A stretch of 64,000 nt of DNA from Blasia pusilla (Eukaryota), in NCBI GenBank assembly GCA_050084515.1, contig CM114271.1, positions 25,606,001 through 25,670,000 on the forward strand, read 5' to 3'. A model generated the notes under the pieces. The model made no database searches and was not told where the DNA came from. It saw nothing but the letters and a program-made list of their open reading frames with translations. Shown in pieces: positions 51,601 through 64,000 of this stretch (position 1 is its first letter; every line of letters starts with the position of its first letter). Made by a program: the position numbers and the translations under genes.

Positions 51601-53644
51601 TTTGTGTTGGGAACAAGTGTTGTCTTGGCACCATCTCTTTTACTTATAGTAATGATCTCAGTTAGAGTGCTATGAGATCCCTACTATTCAATGGACATAC
51701 TTGCCTATATATAAACTCACGTTCTCACCTCTCATTTGCAGATATGAAGGTTGTTACCAACATAAGTAGAATCTTCTAGCTGAGATCACTTAGGTTGTGT
51801 TTGATTCATGACAGGTAACCACCTTTGAAGAGCCCTGGCTTTCAGAAGCAATAGAGAAAGAAAAAATAGTGCTTCCAACAATTGTGAAACCACGAATTGC
51901 ATGTGGCACCTCTGAGGCTCATTCAATGGTGAGCTTTGCAGTTCCCGTCTATCAATTGTGCAGACTGGAAAGCAATTGGAATTCATCATTTCTTCTCCTG
52001 AACAACTTGATTTTTTTGGAACTCATGGCCGTCTGAACTCTCCAATAGGTAGGAAAATGGATGGATTTTCCAGTGTGTGTTATGTGCGTATGTGGGTAAA
52101 CTTTGTAGAGTGGATTGAGGATTATATTGGAGATGTTGGCAATTGACCAACGGTTTGTGTTTGGTCACAGGCCATCGTCTTCAACAAAGATGGTTTTAAG
52201 GGACTGCCAGTCCCCGTGCCAGCTACAATCCAGGTAGCCCTGTGTGGGAGGATAGTGTGAGTTTGGTGTAATTCTTTGATATAGAGGCTAAGTTTTGTGT
52301 CATGGATTCTTCTTAGAATTGAGCGGCTCTTTCACCACCGCTGATAAAACAAACACAGTCCTTATCAGTTGATATGAGAAATTGGGAATTTTGCCCTAGC
52401 ATTAATATTCTTTTATTTTTCTTTCTATTTGAGTTATTATTTTTTTTGTTTTTATAGCTTTATTTTGGAGGCTTGTACTTTACATGACTTGGTGGAAAAC
52501 AGGAATATGTGGACCACGGATCGTCCCAGTATAAAATATATGTTGTGGGCAGCAAGATTCTGTACTCGTGCAGGCAATCTACTCCAAATGCATCAATTTT
52601 GGCAGCCACCAATAACAATGCCCCAGCTATACATTTTGACAGGTGATTCAATCTACTACTCGGAACTCACTTTCTGTTGCTACTTGAAGTGTGACCACAC
52701 CAATTGTCAGAGGCTAATTTGAGAGGCTTCATGACTCAGGAGTGGAAATTTGATCACCTCAAGAAGCTTAAAGAACCTTCAAGAAGGTCTCCTTCTTGTT
52801 ACATCCACATGAAGCTGTCATGAGGGTGCCAGCTTTGAAGCTCCCACTTAAAGTTTGGACTAATGTGGCTGGCTAGTTGAGTGGGAGTTCTATGTTGAGT
52901 CTATTTTGGTGTCCAAGTCTGAGGAGGGTATACTCTTTAGCCAGGGTTAGATGTTGCATAGTATCTTGTCTTTGTTTGGTTCTTAATTCCTGCCCTTTCT
53001 GGTCATTTTATTAATGAAGCCTACATCATTTTCTCATGCAGAAGTTCTTGGAATGTGAGATTGAGAAGATGACAACTCTAATGTATTTTGGTGCATGTTT
53101 TGATGTCAGCTTAAAGTCACTTCCGGTAGACAAAGGTGCTGAAGCTCAAGGACGTATGTCAGGTTTTGGTGGTGGTAAGCCTGATGAGCTAGATTTGGAT
53201 GCAGTACAAAAAGCTGCAAACTGGCTGCGCTCCAAGCTAGGACTCACGATCATAGGGTTTGACATCGTGGTATGTCACTCATCGTAAATGGAACCTATGT
53301 TGACCCCAGATGTACACAAGTTTTTAGCTTGAAATTTTCCCACATGTTTTAAATGCATTCCAGGACTCATGTGGAGATGTGGTTTGTCTTGGTTGGAGAA
53401 GTTTTATGCACTTTGAGCGGTGCGTAAAACCTGAAAGTGGTCTCCTTTTCACAATCGTCATTTGTGCTTGATCAATCTGTTGTTTGTCTACAAACAGGTA
53501 CAGATGGAAACCAACGATTATGTGATTGTTGACGTGAACTACTTTCCCTCTTTCAAAGACGTCCCAGATGCAGAGGCAATTCCAGCGTTTTGGGAGGCTC
53601 TCTTGACTGCATACCGGCAATGGACTAGCCAGAGACAGTTTTGA
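48667..53644 (+). CDS. ITPK4: Inositol-tetrakisphosphate 1-kinase, ITPK4 type (N-terminal HAD-like domain plus ATP-grasp)
   Basis: Exons 48667-48801, 49488-49532, 49698-49899(or 49887), 50123-50217, 50485-50553, 50754-50953, 51281-51425, 51815-51928, 52171-52233, 52503-52642, 53110-53269, 53498-53644. Motifs: GVLVDAGVLF...LRYS, GYTMKWSRE, LHKATDEI, IVKPRIACGTSEAHSMA, QEYVDH, FDSLKSLP, GFDIVV...IVDVNYFPSFKDVPD..AIPAFWEA. Confidence 0.95.
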
Positions 53645-55029
53645 GGTTTTTCTTGAGCACTGCAATTGGTTCAGGTCCTGAATCAAATTTAGAGATTTAA
53701 TAGACCTTAATACCGTTCATGTTTGCTGTCTTAGGGTGTGTTTAACTGAACTTCGTAGTGTCCAGGGGATGTTATCTGGGGCTCTCACACTTTTGCAACT
53801 TAGAAATGAGATTGCCAAAATGATTCATTCGTGCGCACGTCAAGGTCTAGAGAATCATGAGGCATTATTACCACTTTTGCCATTGGATATCAATTTGCAG
53901 TGTGCTTTTTGTGCTCCCATTTCAGGACACATGAATTCTAATGATCTGGGAAACCTTCTGGCTGGTCTCTGGCATGACTCCCAAATGTGCTCCTGGATAC
54001 GAAAATTATCAATGAGAATGTCTAAACTCACTCAACGTTTGGAAATGGCTCTTGAAACATGTCGATTGGTAAGAATTCGATTGCTGGCAATAACTCAAGT
54101 CATCAGAGCAATAATTTTTTAAATGGTCTGCAGAAATACCAAAGTTGCAGTCAGTTCTTCTTGGGTTATGAACTCTGGGAGTGATCGGCCGAGCCCTCAA
54201 ATGAATGTACTTCTCAAGAATTGATTCCCATTTAATCCACCATTATGAATAAATGCTACTTGCAAACAAAGGAAGTAAGTCAAGGAGTCACTAGGATATG
54301 TACACCAGTCAAAGTCGTGACGAAATATAGAGCTGGAAGATAATTGTCAGAAAAGTCTATTTGCTTGGGCATGTCTTTTATGATATAAGTGCATTGCAAT
54401 AAAAGAAAAATAATTTATGAAATTGGATGATACAATACTATGAAAGGACAAACCTCTATCCCAAGGCCATATAGATCAATAGCTAATGAAATAAAGGTAT
54501 TGTCTTAAGTGAATGCTTTGTAGTCTTTACCATGCCATCGATGCTTCTAAGAAGTCTTGTGCCATCATGTGGACATGCATTGATTAAGACGCAAAATGTG
54601 TAATTACCAGGTTGACCATTGACATATCAATCTCTCACCAATCTCTCACCTCATGGAATTTAAGTTTTCTTGAATGAAGGAATCTCGTCGGTAGTGCTAC
54701 TTTCTACACGAGTAAGCCACTCTCTAGTAATGCATTGAATTGAATATACCCCATCACGTCACGAGTAGCAATCCTCTTACGCTTTGTTGTAAAACATACT
54801 AGATACACATCAAAAGAGTCTAGGTTCTAATAGTAATCACAATGTGTAAACCAATCATAAAGTTTTGCTATTGGTTGAGGGAGGCCCAGTCATTATCGTA
54901 ATGTTGTACGAAAAGTCATTGCTGCGAAATAGAATTCCGGAATGAGTGGAAAATTGCCCACCCACATATCTCCCCTCTTATTGAAGTAGAAGCATAGAAG
55001 GGTATGAATGTGTTTGTCGTGTGTATATA

Positions 55030-55300
55030 TATTGTTACGCAACATACATTGTTGTCACCGACTATAAGCATAAACATAAAATATATCATACTCACTCATA
55101 ACATCTAAACATCGAGACGATCCTCTACCAAAAGATCTCCAATAAATCAAGGTCATTCAAAAAAACTTTCACGCAAAACCTCAAAAGGTTTTTCTCAAGT
55201 TAAACCAAACTCAATGTCTTAATGAGAGATTTGGGTTACTTAAAAGGTAAGGAAGACCATAGCTCCATTGCCTCATGCAGAGAGGTTCAACAAAGAGAAC
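55030..55300. repeat. LTR-like repeat copy
   Basis: Collinear similarity to 58925-59215 (CATCTAAAC..CGAGACGA, TCTCCAATAAA, AAACCAAAC, TAATGAGAG..TTGGGTTAC, GACCATAGCT, AGAGGTTCAACAAAGAGA). Confidence 0.7.
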
Positions 55301-55574
55301 CCGCCCGTATTCGAGCCCGCCCCCAGAGCCCGTAGTGGGCACTCGGGCTCGCCGAGCCTCCACCATTTTTGTGGCCCGTGGCCAGGCTTGTAGGACACGC
55401 TTAATCGTATATGGGCCGCGGGTACCCGAGTAGCATGTTCATTTTCATACAACCTTAATCCCTACCTATCATGATACATATCTCTCAGACACTAAGAGCA
55501 AATAGATCGGATGTTGATGTGGTCCTATTGTTAGTCACCTTTTCGTTATCAATATCACTAGCTAGTACCTACTC

Positions 55575-56670
55575 TATGTATATTTGAGGCACATTCATCA
55601 TCCTCGACAAATCCTAGTAAGAGGTGGTGTTAGACATGCCATGTGCTATCCTCTTGAACATCCATCACAAAACTAGCATAATGGTTATACCATTGACACA
55701 TCCATACAACATGAGTTTGCATGAATTATTGCTAAGCTCCTTCAATTATACCATTGATTTAAGGAAGGTGATACCGAATCATATGATTATGTCCCTCCAA
55801 TGAGAGAAAATGTGATAACAATATCTCACGCATTCTTGAGCCTATCTCAAAAGTGCGTGAGATAGGCTTTGATAAGTTGCCCTACTCTTATATCGAATGT
55901 CATAAGTTTTTCTACTATAAGTAGAAATAGTCTCCTTGATGAAACCTCCTGCTCGTCGGTTGATAATCACCTCCCCTAATAGTTGCATACCTCAACGTAT
56001 CCTCATGTTGCACAATCATGAAGTTCTCAAACTCCATGGGTATAACTCTCCAAGACAACTCAACCCTTTGAGAACATGCTTGCATCCATACATCATGGTT
56101 ATTGAGGTTCAACCCTTGACTAGCATTACGATGAATGGTCGTAGGCAAGTCCGACTCTCAGCCATCAAGCAACAACTAAGGTGAGAAAGACGCTAAGGAT
56201 GCTTGTCTGCTGAAATCTCTATCCCATTGCCAACTATGGCAACAATAGGTCCCAATCTCCTAGGTGACCTCTTTGCAAGCCATACTTCTCTTCACTCTCT
56301 AGACAATTCTCTCAATTAGTTCATGTGCCTCACAATGATCTTGGGAAGTGGTGCGATAGTTGATCATCGCCTGATCACACAATGCCTATAATTAACTCCC
56401 TGAAAAACTCTGCACTGTTGTCTATCAACAACCTCAACGGTATGCCATAATTACTCAACACTCAATCTAGGAATGCATACACTACTCCTTCACTCGCTTT
56501 TCCAGGAAATACAACCAACTCTATCCACTTTAAGAAGTGCTCAACCATCACCAACTCATAGTGACTATGGCCCTTCATCAAAGATAAAGGCCCTGAAAAA
56601 TCCAAACTCCATCTATAGCCTAAACCTATGATTGGTACTCGATACAACTAGGGAGTTGGAGCATTTATCG
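55575..56670 (-). mobile_element. Decayed Ty3/gypsy integrase with C-terminal PHD finger
   Basis: PIIGLGYRWSLDFSGPL...VMVEHFLKWIELV; QHEDTLRYATIRGGDY...F.QGDY; then MLVCDGCSRG*HMACLTPPL. Confidence 0.85.
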
Positions 56671-57384
56671 TGCAAATACACATCGCTGCCAACATACATC
56701 GACTGTCATGTACACACATGTCTAAGATCCATCTAGCTATGAATCCTAACATCTCTACACATGAGCAATTGGACAACCCCAATATAAAGTTGAATATGAA
56801 CTGTAAACTGTGATGAAATTTGCAATCAACCGTGCTTCATCCAAACAACCATATTCATGAATCACATACACACTGTGATAACAAGAAGGGAAAGTGTACA
56901 CAAGGACTCCCAAAATGTATGTGATCTCCCTTATTGATCACTCCTAGCCCATTATTCAAGAGAGAATCCAAGCTTAATCAAGGTTGCATGTGGACAAATT
57001 CCGTGTCCGTGGACATATGTTCGTCCTATGGAAGGACTTGTCTGTATGGGCCCCACCTTTCTCTTCTTTCTCATTCCTCTTACTTGCCTTCGGGTTCCAT
57101 ATTCCCCCACTTCTTCCTCCCTCCACCTCCACTCCCTCTTCCCTCATTGCTCCTCTCATCCTTATCTTGCCTTCTATCATGGACTAAAAGTGTGGATCCA
57201 CCTCTTGGAATCCATGTCCGTGGACATGTCCACACTTGTCCATCCATATCCGTACTAAGGAAGGACTTGTCTGTTTTTATGGGCAATACATGCAAGCTGC
57301 ATCATATCACGGATCCCAACACGGATCTACAATCCTAAGGAGATGAGCTCCAAATGAGCTTGATCCAAGATATACCCCCCTAGG

Positions 57385-57455
57385 CACCTCCATGGGTGAC
57401 CTGTACACACAGGTCACCCATGGAGGTGACCTGTGTGTACAGGTCACCTCCATGG
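57385..57455. repeat. Overlapping perfect inverted repeats (20-bp and 17-bp stems)
   Basis: CACCTCCATGGGTGACCTGT-acac-ACAGGTCACCCATGGAGGTG and CCATGGAGGTGACCTGT-gtgt-ACAGGTCACCTCCATGG. Confidence 0.95.
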
Positions 57456-57456
57456 T

Positions 57457-57542
57457 ACAACCAACCTATAGTACATAGAGTACTAACTCCGTAAAAACTA
57501 CCCTAACAACAACCAACCTATAGTACATAGAGTACTAACTCC
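57457..57542. repeat. 34-bp exact direct repeat
   Basis: ACAACCAACCTATAGTACATAGAGTACTAACTCC at 57457 and 57509. Confidence 0.9.
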
Positions 57543-57889
57543 CTAACAACTACACATGTGGTCCCCTCATGAGACCAACTACCAACTAACCCACGACCCT
57601 ATAGGTCCAAGTGGAGCCATATATGGCTGGGAAGGTCAACCTCTCCAAGGTTGCCATTCCTCATAAAGTGAAGGGTGACCTACACTTGCAGGTCACCTCC
57701 TAAGAGCAGGTCACATATGACCTCTCAAAATAGGGAAGTACAAGACCCCTCTAAGGCCTCGATACTATCTTGCCCTACGCCTCATCTACCATGACACATT
57801 GAATGATGCTTGCACTCAATCATACATTGCATCTGGAAAAAATTGCTAAACGACAATATGCATATCTCACCACCACTAGTGTACTTGGA

Positions 57890-58270
57890 GCAAGATGTAT
57901 TTCCACTTTATAGATAGCACGATAGGATATATTGCACCAATCATGGTCTCTACGAAGTATGAGGCACTATGTGTACTCTGCCATCCTCCCAAACTCACAA
58001 GACATGTGTCCCCTCTCACCACAACCATCTGTCTTATTGTAGGATCGATATCGGATTCCCACTATCTAGCACCCATTGTGGTCGTGACCCTGCCAAACAC
58101 TCACCTTCATACAAGCTATATTTTTCCTCTATAGTGTTGTTTTAGCGACTAGCGTAAGCCACCATGAACTCTCTACCCTTATTATCATGTTGGATCAGCA
58201 CCGCTCCAAGCCCCAATATAATATAATTTGTATGCAACTAGAAAGGATGCACCCTCACTATAGGTGCGTA
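57890..58270 (-). mobile_element. Further decayed gypsy pol fragment
   Basis: GAGGCACTA...CATCCTCCC...ACATGTGTCCCCT at ~57961-58014 is homologous to 60334-60386. Confidence 0.6.
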
Positions 58271-58924
58271 CCTCAATCTCTCTTTAAGAAACTAAATTGC
58301 TCTCTTCTGCTAAAAATCACAAGTTTTTTACGTCTCCTAATGAGCTCAAAATTTCTCCCTCACATGGTAATTATGGCAACCCCGCGCAAATGGAAATAAC
58401 TTTGCACTCAACCATCAAAACCACACATTGTTTTTTTTTTTTCACAACCTGTTTGACTTCCCAATCTAGATCATCATGAAATCATATCCTTTATCGGAAA
58501 CTAAAAGCAATTATTGTACAACACACAACCTCAACTCCTAAAAAAAATTCAGCAATGTTTCCGTGCTGATTTCTTGAACATAAAAACCTCTCACATAATA
58601 AAACAACTAACTCCACCATGTTCAAGGGGATCATGGGCCATGCACTTCCCAAAGTGGAAATTCAACTTTACTTTTAATAAGAACCTACCCAAAATATCAA
58701 TATAACCTAAACAAGCCAAATCGAAGGCCAATTACCCTCTCTTAGGCTACGCAAGGCTCAGGCTACGTGGGGCTTCAACACATCATGCTTGAGGTCTTGA
58801 GGTTGTCTTCTTATCTCCTCAAAGTCTCCCTATAGATACTCATCGATCCATCCTAAAAGACGTGACAGCTTAGCTAATATCTCTATCAGGCATAGTGGCT
58901 CTATCTAATGTGCCGTGCGCATAC

Positions 58925-59215
58925 ACATTGCTACACAACATACATCGTTTTCATCAAACACACACACAAACACGCATGATCCCATGCAAACTCATGGCAT
59001 CTAAACAACGAGACGAGAAGTACCAAAATATCTCCAATAAAAAAAGATCCAATCTCTCTCACAACACCATAGTTCTCACATGTGTGCACTCTCACATGTC
59101 TCTCTCAATGTCAAACCAAACCCACTCTCCTAATGAGAGGATTGGGTTACACTCACAAGGCAAGGGACCATAGCTTCGCCGCCTCGTGCCAAGAGGTTCA
59201 ACAAAGAGAGAATGA
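58925..59215. repeat. LTR-like repeat copy
   Basis: Collinear with 55030-55300. Confidence 0.7.
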
Positions 59216-59538
59216 GCTCTCAAGCTTTCTCTCCTTGAGGTATACCCCTCCCCTCTCCCAAACTCTCTCCATGGTAACCTTTGCTCCCAAGTCACCTCCT
59301 TGGATCTTGACCTGATGTAGGAGGTCAAGGGCTACTTACCAAAAATATAAAGTTGACCATATATTCAAAATGGTACTTACCTAAAATAGTAAATTCCTCA
59401 ATATGGCTCCAAATGAGCCGAAACGAAGGGGAAACCTGCTCTCTCAGGTTTACCGGGGCCTTAGTAGGTCATCCTCTATCTCTTAAGTCTGTCCTCCACT
59501 ACTCGCGAAGACGCTCTACTAGATCTCACCGATCTATC

Positions 59539-60386
59539 CTAAAATATGTGACTGTTGTTGTGTATACAGTACATCCATACATCAGGGTCATCAAGGTTCA
59601 ACACCTCACCAACATCTCGAAGAATGGCCATAGGTAAATCTGGCTCTCGGCCATACAAAAGCAAGTACGGTGAGAAAGATGCTAAGGATGCCCGTCTGCT
59701 AAATCTGTATCCCATCGCCAACCACAACAACTAGAGGTCTTAATCTCCTATGTGACCTCTCTGCAAGCCATACTTATGTAGTCCTCTCTCCATCGTCTGC
59801 ACAACCCGCTCCGCTAGTCCATCCGCCTCAGGATGATCTCGCGAAGTAGTGTGGTGATCGATCAATGCCTGATCACACAAGGCCTGAAACTCCCCGTGGA
59901 ACTTTGTACCCTGGTCTTTCAACACCTCAGCTGGTGCGCCGTATTGACTCAGCACTCGATCTAGGAAGGCATACGCTCCTCCCTCACTCGCTTTGTCAAG
60001 CAATACAACCAACTCTATCCACTTCGAGAAGTGCTCGACCATCACCAACACATAACTGCTATGGCGCTCCGTCAAAGGCGAAGGTCCTGAAAAATCCAAA
60101 CTTCATCTATAACCTAATCCCATGATCGGAAGTGGATGAAACTATGGAGTCGGAGCATTGAATGATGCTCAAACTCGATCACACACCATGCATTTGGCAA
60201 CAAACTGATGAACGCCAGTCTGCATGCCTCGCCACCAATACTGAATCTGGAGCAAGCTATACGTCAGTTTCACTCCAAAATGACCCAACTCCTCGTGGGC
60301 ATGACGCACCAAATGTGCTCTCTGCAAAAGATGAGGCACTACACGCACTCTATCATCCTCCCACACTTGCAACACATGTGTCCCCT
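59539..60386 (-). mobile_element. Ty3/gypsy integrase fragment (HHCC plus DDE core)
   Basis: HAHEELGHFGVK.TY......YWWRGM......AKCMVCDR; SLDFSGP; EHFSKWIE; DQGTKF.GEF; HPEADGLAERVVQT; SPYLLLYGREP. Internal stops. Confidence 0.93.
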
Positions 60387-62100
60387 CACTAGAAGAAATG
60401 TGTGGTTTTTATGACTAGGCTATAAATGACTCACCGAAAGAATGACTCAAATCATCACTAAAATGGTTGAGTCATAAAATTTATGTTCATGCAACTCACG
60501 TGGTTATCTGCTTATGACTAAAGCAGTTATCAATACCCTTTAGTCAAGACTAGTCGTACTTGTTTCACTTGTCTAGTAATACCTAGTCATAAACAACGAC
60601 TAATGTGCTTAAGTAGTCCATGCTCCATTGTTAAGGGGTTTTTTGTTGTTGTTGGGATATATACCATGCATTTCTTGGCTGTGGGTACCGATGCCCCTCT
60701 GGAAAACCATTATTGATTTTTGGACCATATTAAGGGGGGTGGAAAGGTGTTCCAAAAGAGGAAGATGGCATCGAGTATGAATATTTTAACTCTTGTGGCA
60801 TTTTCATGTTAACATGCTTTTAACATTTCCTACAACCATTAGATGGTGGTGAAACTTGCCACAAGCCTTGTGATTAAATCCCCCCACAATTTCAACGAGA
60901 AGGAGGAGGGGAGAAAATGATGGCTCAAGAAGGAATACGAGGACTTTGACCAGTCTTGTTCTAAGGCGTTGTATCATTTTCGTGGTAACATGGTGATAAC
61001 TTTTCTTTCTATCATTGCATGTTAATGAATATTTGGCCTCGCCTTGCCAATAAGTTCCTCCCCATTTTCAACGGTGCAGATCTGACATGGAAGATCCCAT
61101 ACTAATACCAAAAATCAAAAGCCTTAATTAGGGTTTACGGTTTTTAATTCCATGTGTGAGTGGTCATTTGCACTTTTTTCTTTTGCCATGTATTCCTAGG
61201 GTTGGGTTGCTCCCCAAGGAAAAGTATCATGACTTTTGGACTCTTGGCTGAGGAGGAGGGGAGAAAATGATGGATCAAGAAGGAGGACGAGGACTTTGAG
61301 TAGTCTCGTTCCAAAGTGTTCTATCATTTTCACAGTAACATGATGAAATATTTTATTTCCACCATTGGATGTTGATAAAACTTTGGCAAAGCCTTGCCAA
61401 TACGTTCTTCCACGTCTTCAACGGTGCAGATCTGCTATTACAGATCCCATACTAATACCAAAAATCAAAAGCCTTAATTAGGGTTTACGGTTTTTAATTC
61501 CAGGTTTGAGCAGTCATCTGTAATTTTTGTTTCCCCTGTGTTTCTGGGGTGTGGGTGCCCCTATGGGAAAAGTCTCATGATTTTTGGACTCATGGTTGAT
61601 GGGGAGGGGAGAAAATGGTGGATCGAGAAGGAAGACGATCGTGAGGACTTCATGTAGTCTTGTTCCAAACCATCTTGTCATTTTCATGGTAACATGGTGA
61701 TAAATTTTTCTTTGCACCATTGGATGGTGATGAATATTTTCTTTATCATTTTCATTAAATCGTTCCATATCTTCAACGGTTTAGCTCTGCCATTTAAGAC
61801 CCCTTATTGGCGGACACCTCCTTTGGGGTTTTCGATTTTTAAATCTATGTGTGAGTGGTCATTTCAAGTTTTTTCTTTTCCCTTTTGATCCTCGTGCTGG
61901 GGTACCCCTCTGGTCAAAGTTGCGGCACACATGAGGAAAGCGTTTGGATCTATTTGCAAAATGGACGATGCGACAAAACACTAGGGTGCGTATTTTGTAC
62001 TCCTGATTGTAACCACGTCAATGTGGCCGATTTGGCGTTGAGTGAAAACTATATAAGTTTGGTTGCCCATATCTATTGTCAAAGGGCTCTTCTTGTAGTG
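60387..62100. mobile_element. Non-autonomous CACTA (En/Spm)-like element
   Basis: Left end CACTAGAAGAAA truncates the gypsy ORF and is followed by many ATGACT/AGTCAT subterminal repeats. Right end is TTCTTGTAGTG. The 3-bp flanks differ (CCT vs AGA), so the two ends may not belong to one insertion. Confidence 0.6.
60901..61900. repeat. ~350-bp tandem repeat, about 3 copies
   Basis: GAGGGGAGAAAATG at ~60906, ~61256 and ~61604. GATCCCATACTAATACCAAAAATCAAAAGCCTTAATTAGGGTTTACGGTTTTTAATTCCA is identical in copies 1 and 2. Confidence 0.9.
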
Positions 62101-62624
62101 AGATGGATCCTAGGTGGCATTGTTGGTAATATCCTAGGTTGATGTGGCATATTTAGTCCTAGGTGGCTTGCTGCGTCAAAGCGGGCATGGGAGGGAATGG
62201 ACACCCGTATAGCATACAAACGTTTGGTGTTTGGTGCCCAAGTAAGGTGTGTTGTGTTTGGCGGGAGAGAGTGTGCACTCGAGTGGGATGGTTGGAGTTT
62301 CTCCAAGAGTGGGAAGTTCAAAGATTAGGGGATTGGGGAGGTCAGGAGGCTGAGAACAATTTGTTGTGAACGTTGTGAAGACTTTTACGCCTAGACCGCA
62401 AGCTCCGAGTTTCTTCTGAAGACTCTGCTCTCTGAAGATTGTTTCATCTTCTTAGCCGCGGTTAGCTCTCTCTCTCTGTGCCTTTGCGATGTTCTCTCTC
62501 TCTTTGCGCAACATCTGGAAGAGCCTTGCAAAATGACGTTCAACTTCTTCTCGGACTTCAAAGATCGCTCCACTCTGCAATGTTGTCTTGCTATTGACCC
62601 GAGTATGTCCGAATAGCTTGGTGG

Positions 62625-63046
62625 CTCCGAAGGTTGAAACTTCCTACGATGTACCGGTGTTGAAACTAGACCTACACTTTGTCGCACGCGCTCTTCATCT
62701 ACAAACCACTCATCGTTCACTTTGCTGACACTCCAGTTGAAGTATCGCAGGAGAATACCAGCTTCAGTCCTTGATAGGGAAAGGAAATTTGTGATTTTGG
62801 TCATCGCTTCTTCTTGTCGCTGGCGAATGTCCCTCTCATTGAGAATTGTGTAATTGGACTGAGGAAGCCTAGAACTCACATGAACGTCAAGTAAAGGGAA
62901 TCATCGAAACCGTAGTCCGGCTCATCATCGTCATCATCACTGCCCATGGTATTCTCACTCGCCTTGTCGTCCTCTTCATTCATATCATAGAAGTCCCCGT
63001 CTGATGTTCCATACCAAGCATCCTGCATTTCATCTTCGGAGTCCAT
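62625..63046 (-). pseudogene. ARI: 5' fragment of an ARIADNE RBR E3 ligase (ARI7/ARI8-like), frameshifted, intronless, truncated before RING1
   Basis: MDSEDEMQDA...DFY...DDEPDYGF, frameshift ~62890, then QSNYTILNERDIRQRQEE...LLRYFNWSVSKVNDEWFVDEERVRQSVGL. No RING follows. Confidence 0.88.
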
Positions 63047-63163
63047 CGAGAGCGTCGAGAGCGTTTAGGGCGTACGCCAAGGTGTCTCCAATTCTAGGCG
63101 GGAAGAAAGCTTTTCGAATTCGAGTGGAGGTAGTTAGAAAAGTTTGGGTGTTGGTGACTCCAA

Positions 63164-63363
<200 letters not shown>

Positions 63364-63399
63364 GCCAAGCATTGTTACAAAGTTTGAAGGATTGGGTTG

Positions 63400-64000
63400 C
63401 TGATATTCAATTCTGTTGCACATCATTGGGTCTTTTGATGAGACTTGTGCTACAATGTGCACTTCTTTTCCGCGATATAATGTAGAGCCCTAGTGCTAGT
63501 AAGACTGAACTGGAGGCTGCATATGGAAGCATTGGGGATGTGTTTTCTTCTACTTTGAGGTTTAGAGTGGTTGTGTGCAGGCTGCTCTCCGAAATCTTGG
63601 AAGTCCAAAAAGTTGCTTTCAGCTCCCGCAAATTCTCCGTGATACTTAAAGTTGGAGCTAGCTACAGATTGTTACCAACCAAAAATGCATTCTTCAAGTG
63701 TTCCTCGAGTTGTACAAACAGAGAATTCTTAGAGTCATGCTTTTCATGAAGCAGTTGTGTTTGGCTAGTCATCTTGGCAATGTCCTCCCTCAATTGATCA
63801 ATTTCAACATTTTTTTTCTCCACACTTCCTTGCAAACGGTCAAGCTTTGCAACAAGTCCTTCTCGATTCGTTGATAGAGCTCAAAATTTATTGTGAATCG
63901 TGAGCTTGTTGACATCGTTGCCGCGTGAAAGTTATGCTGCCTTCAAAGAAGATTGCTTCTCCTCAATGACTTCCTTAAGATTTGCAACGTGCTCAGACAA
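63400..64000 (-). pseudogene. Disrupted coiled-coil protein fragment running off the window
   Basis: LSEHVANLKEVIEEKQSSLKAA*...LVAKLDRLQGSVEKKNVEIDQLREDIAKMTSQTQLLHEK: heptad-like, with stops and a frameshift. Confidence 0.5.

Noticed and set aside
53736-54122. 128-aa ORF after ITPK4
   Set aside because: Non-ATG start, no recognisable domain, lies in the probable 3'UTR.
57457-57542. 34-bp repeat with spacer as a CRISPR array
   Set aside because: Only two copies, an 18-bp gap, eukaryotic TE context and no cas genes.
62859-62879. GTGAGT...CAG mini-intron in the ARIADNE fragment
   Set aside because: Only 21 nt, and removing it does not restore the frame; it reads as coding sequence (VSSRLPQ).

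Overview
Eukaryotic, land-plant nuclear DNA. The gene and TE content suggests a non-seed plant, probably bryophyte-like (inference). Three intron-rich host genes lie on the + strand: a CBS-CBS-PB1 tail-anchored protein (8783-14104/14315), the ribosome-biogenesis factor AATF/BFR2 (20953-24995) and an ITPK4-type inositol-phosphate kinase (48667-53644). They are separated by decayed transposons: a MULE transposase, a Helitron-like Rep/PIF1 element with a Helentron/HLE2-type signature, a nearly complete CRE-like restriction-endonuclease LINE, several PHD-bearing Ty3/gypsy remnants, and a CACTA-like element with a 350-bp tandem array. Gene fragments (aspartic protease, ARIADNE, a coiled-coil protein) abut long (GA)n tracts. 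The most notable observation is that the CBS-PB1 gene has two tandem, homologous last exons, each open and each encoding a different C-terminal membrane anchor, suggesting a splice-controlled tail-anchor switch. No rRNA, tRNA or CRISPR was recognised. Exon boundaries were read by eye and no database searches were run.
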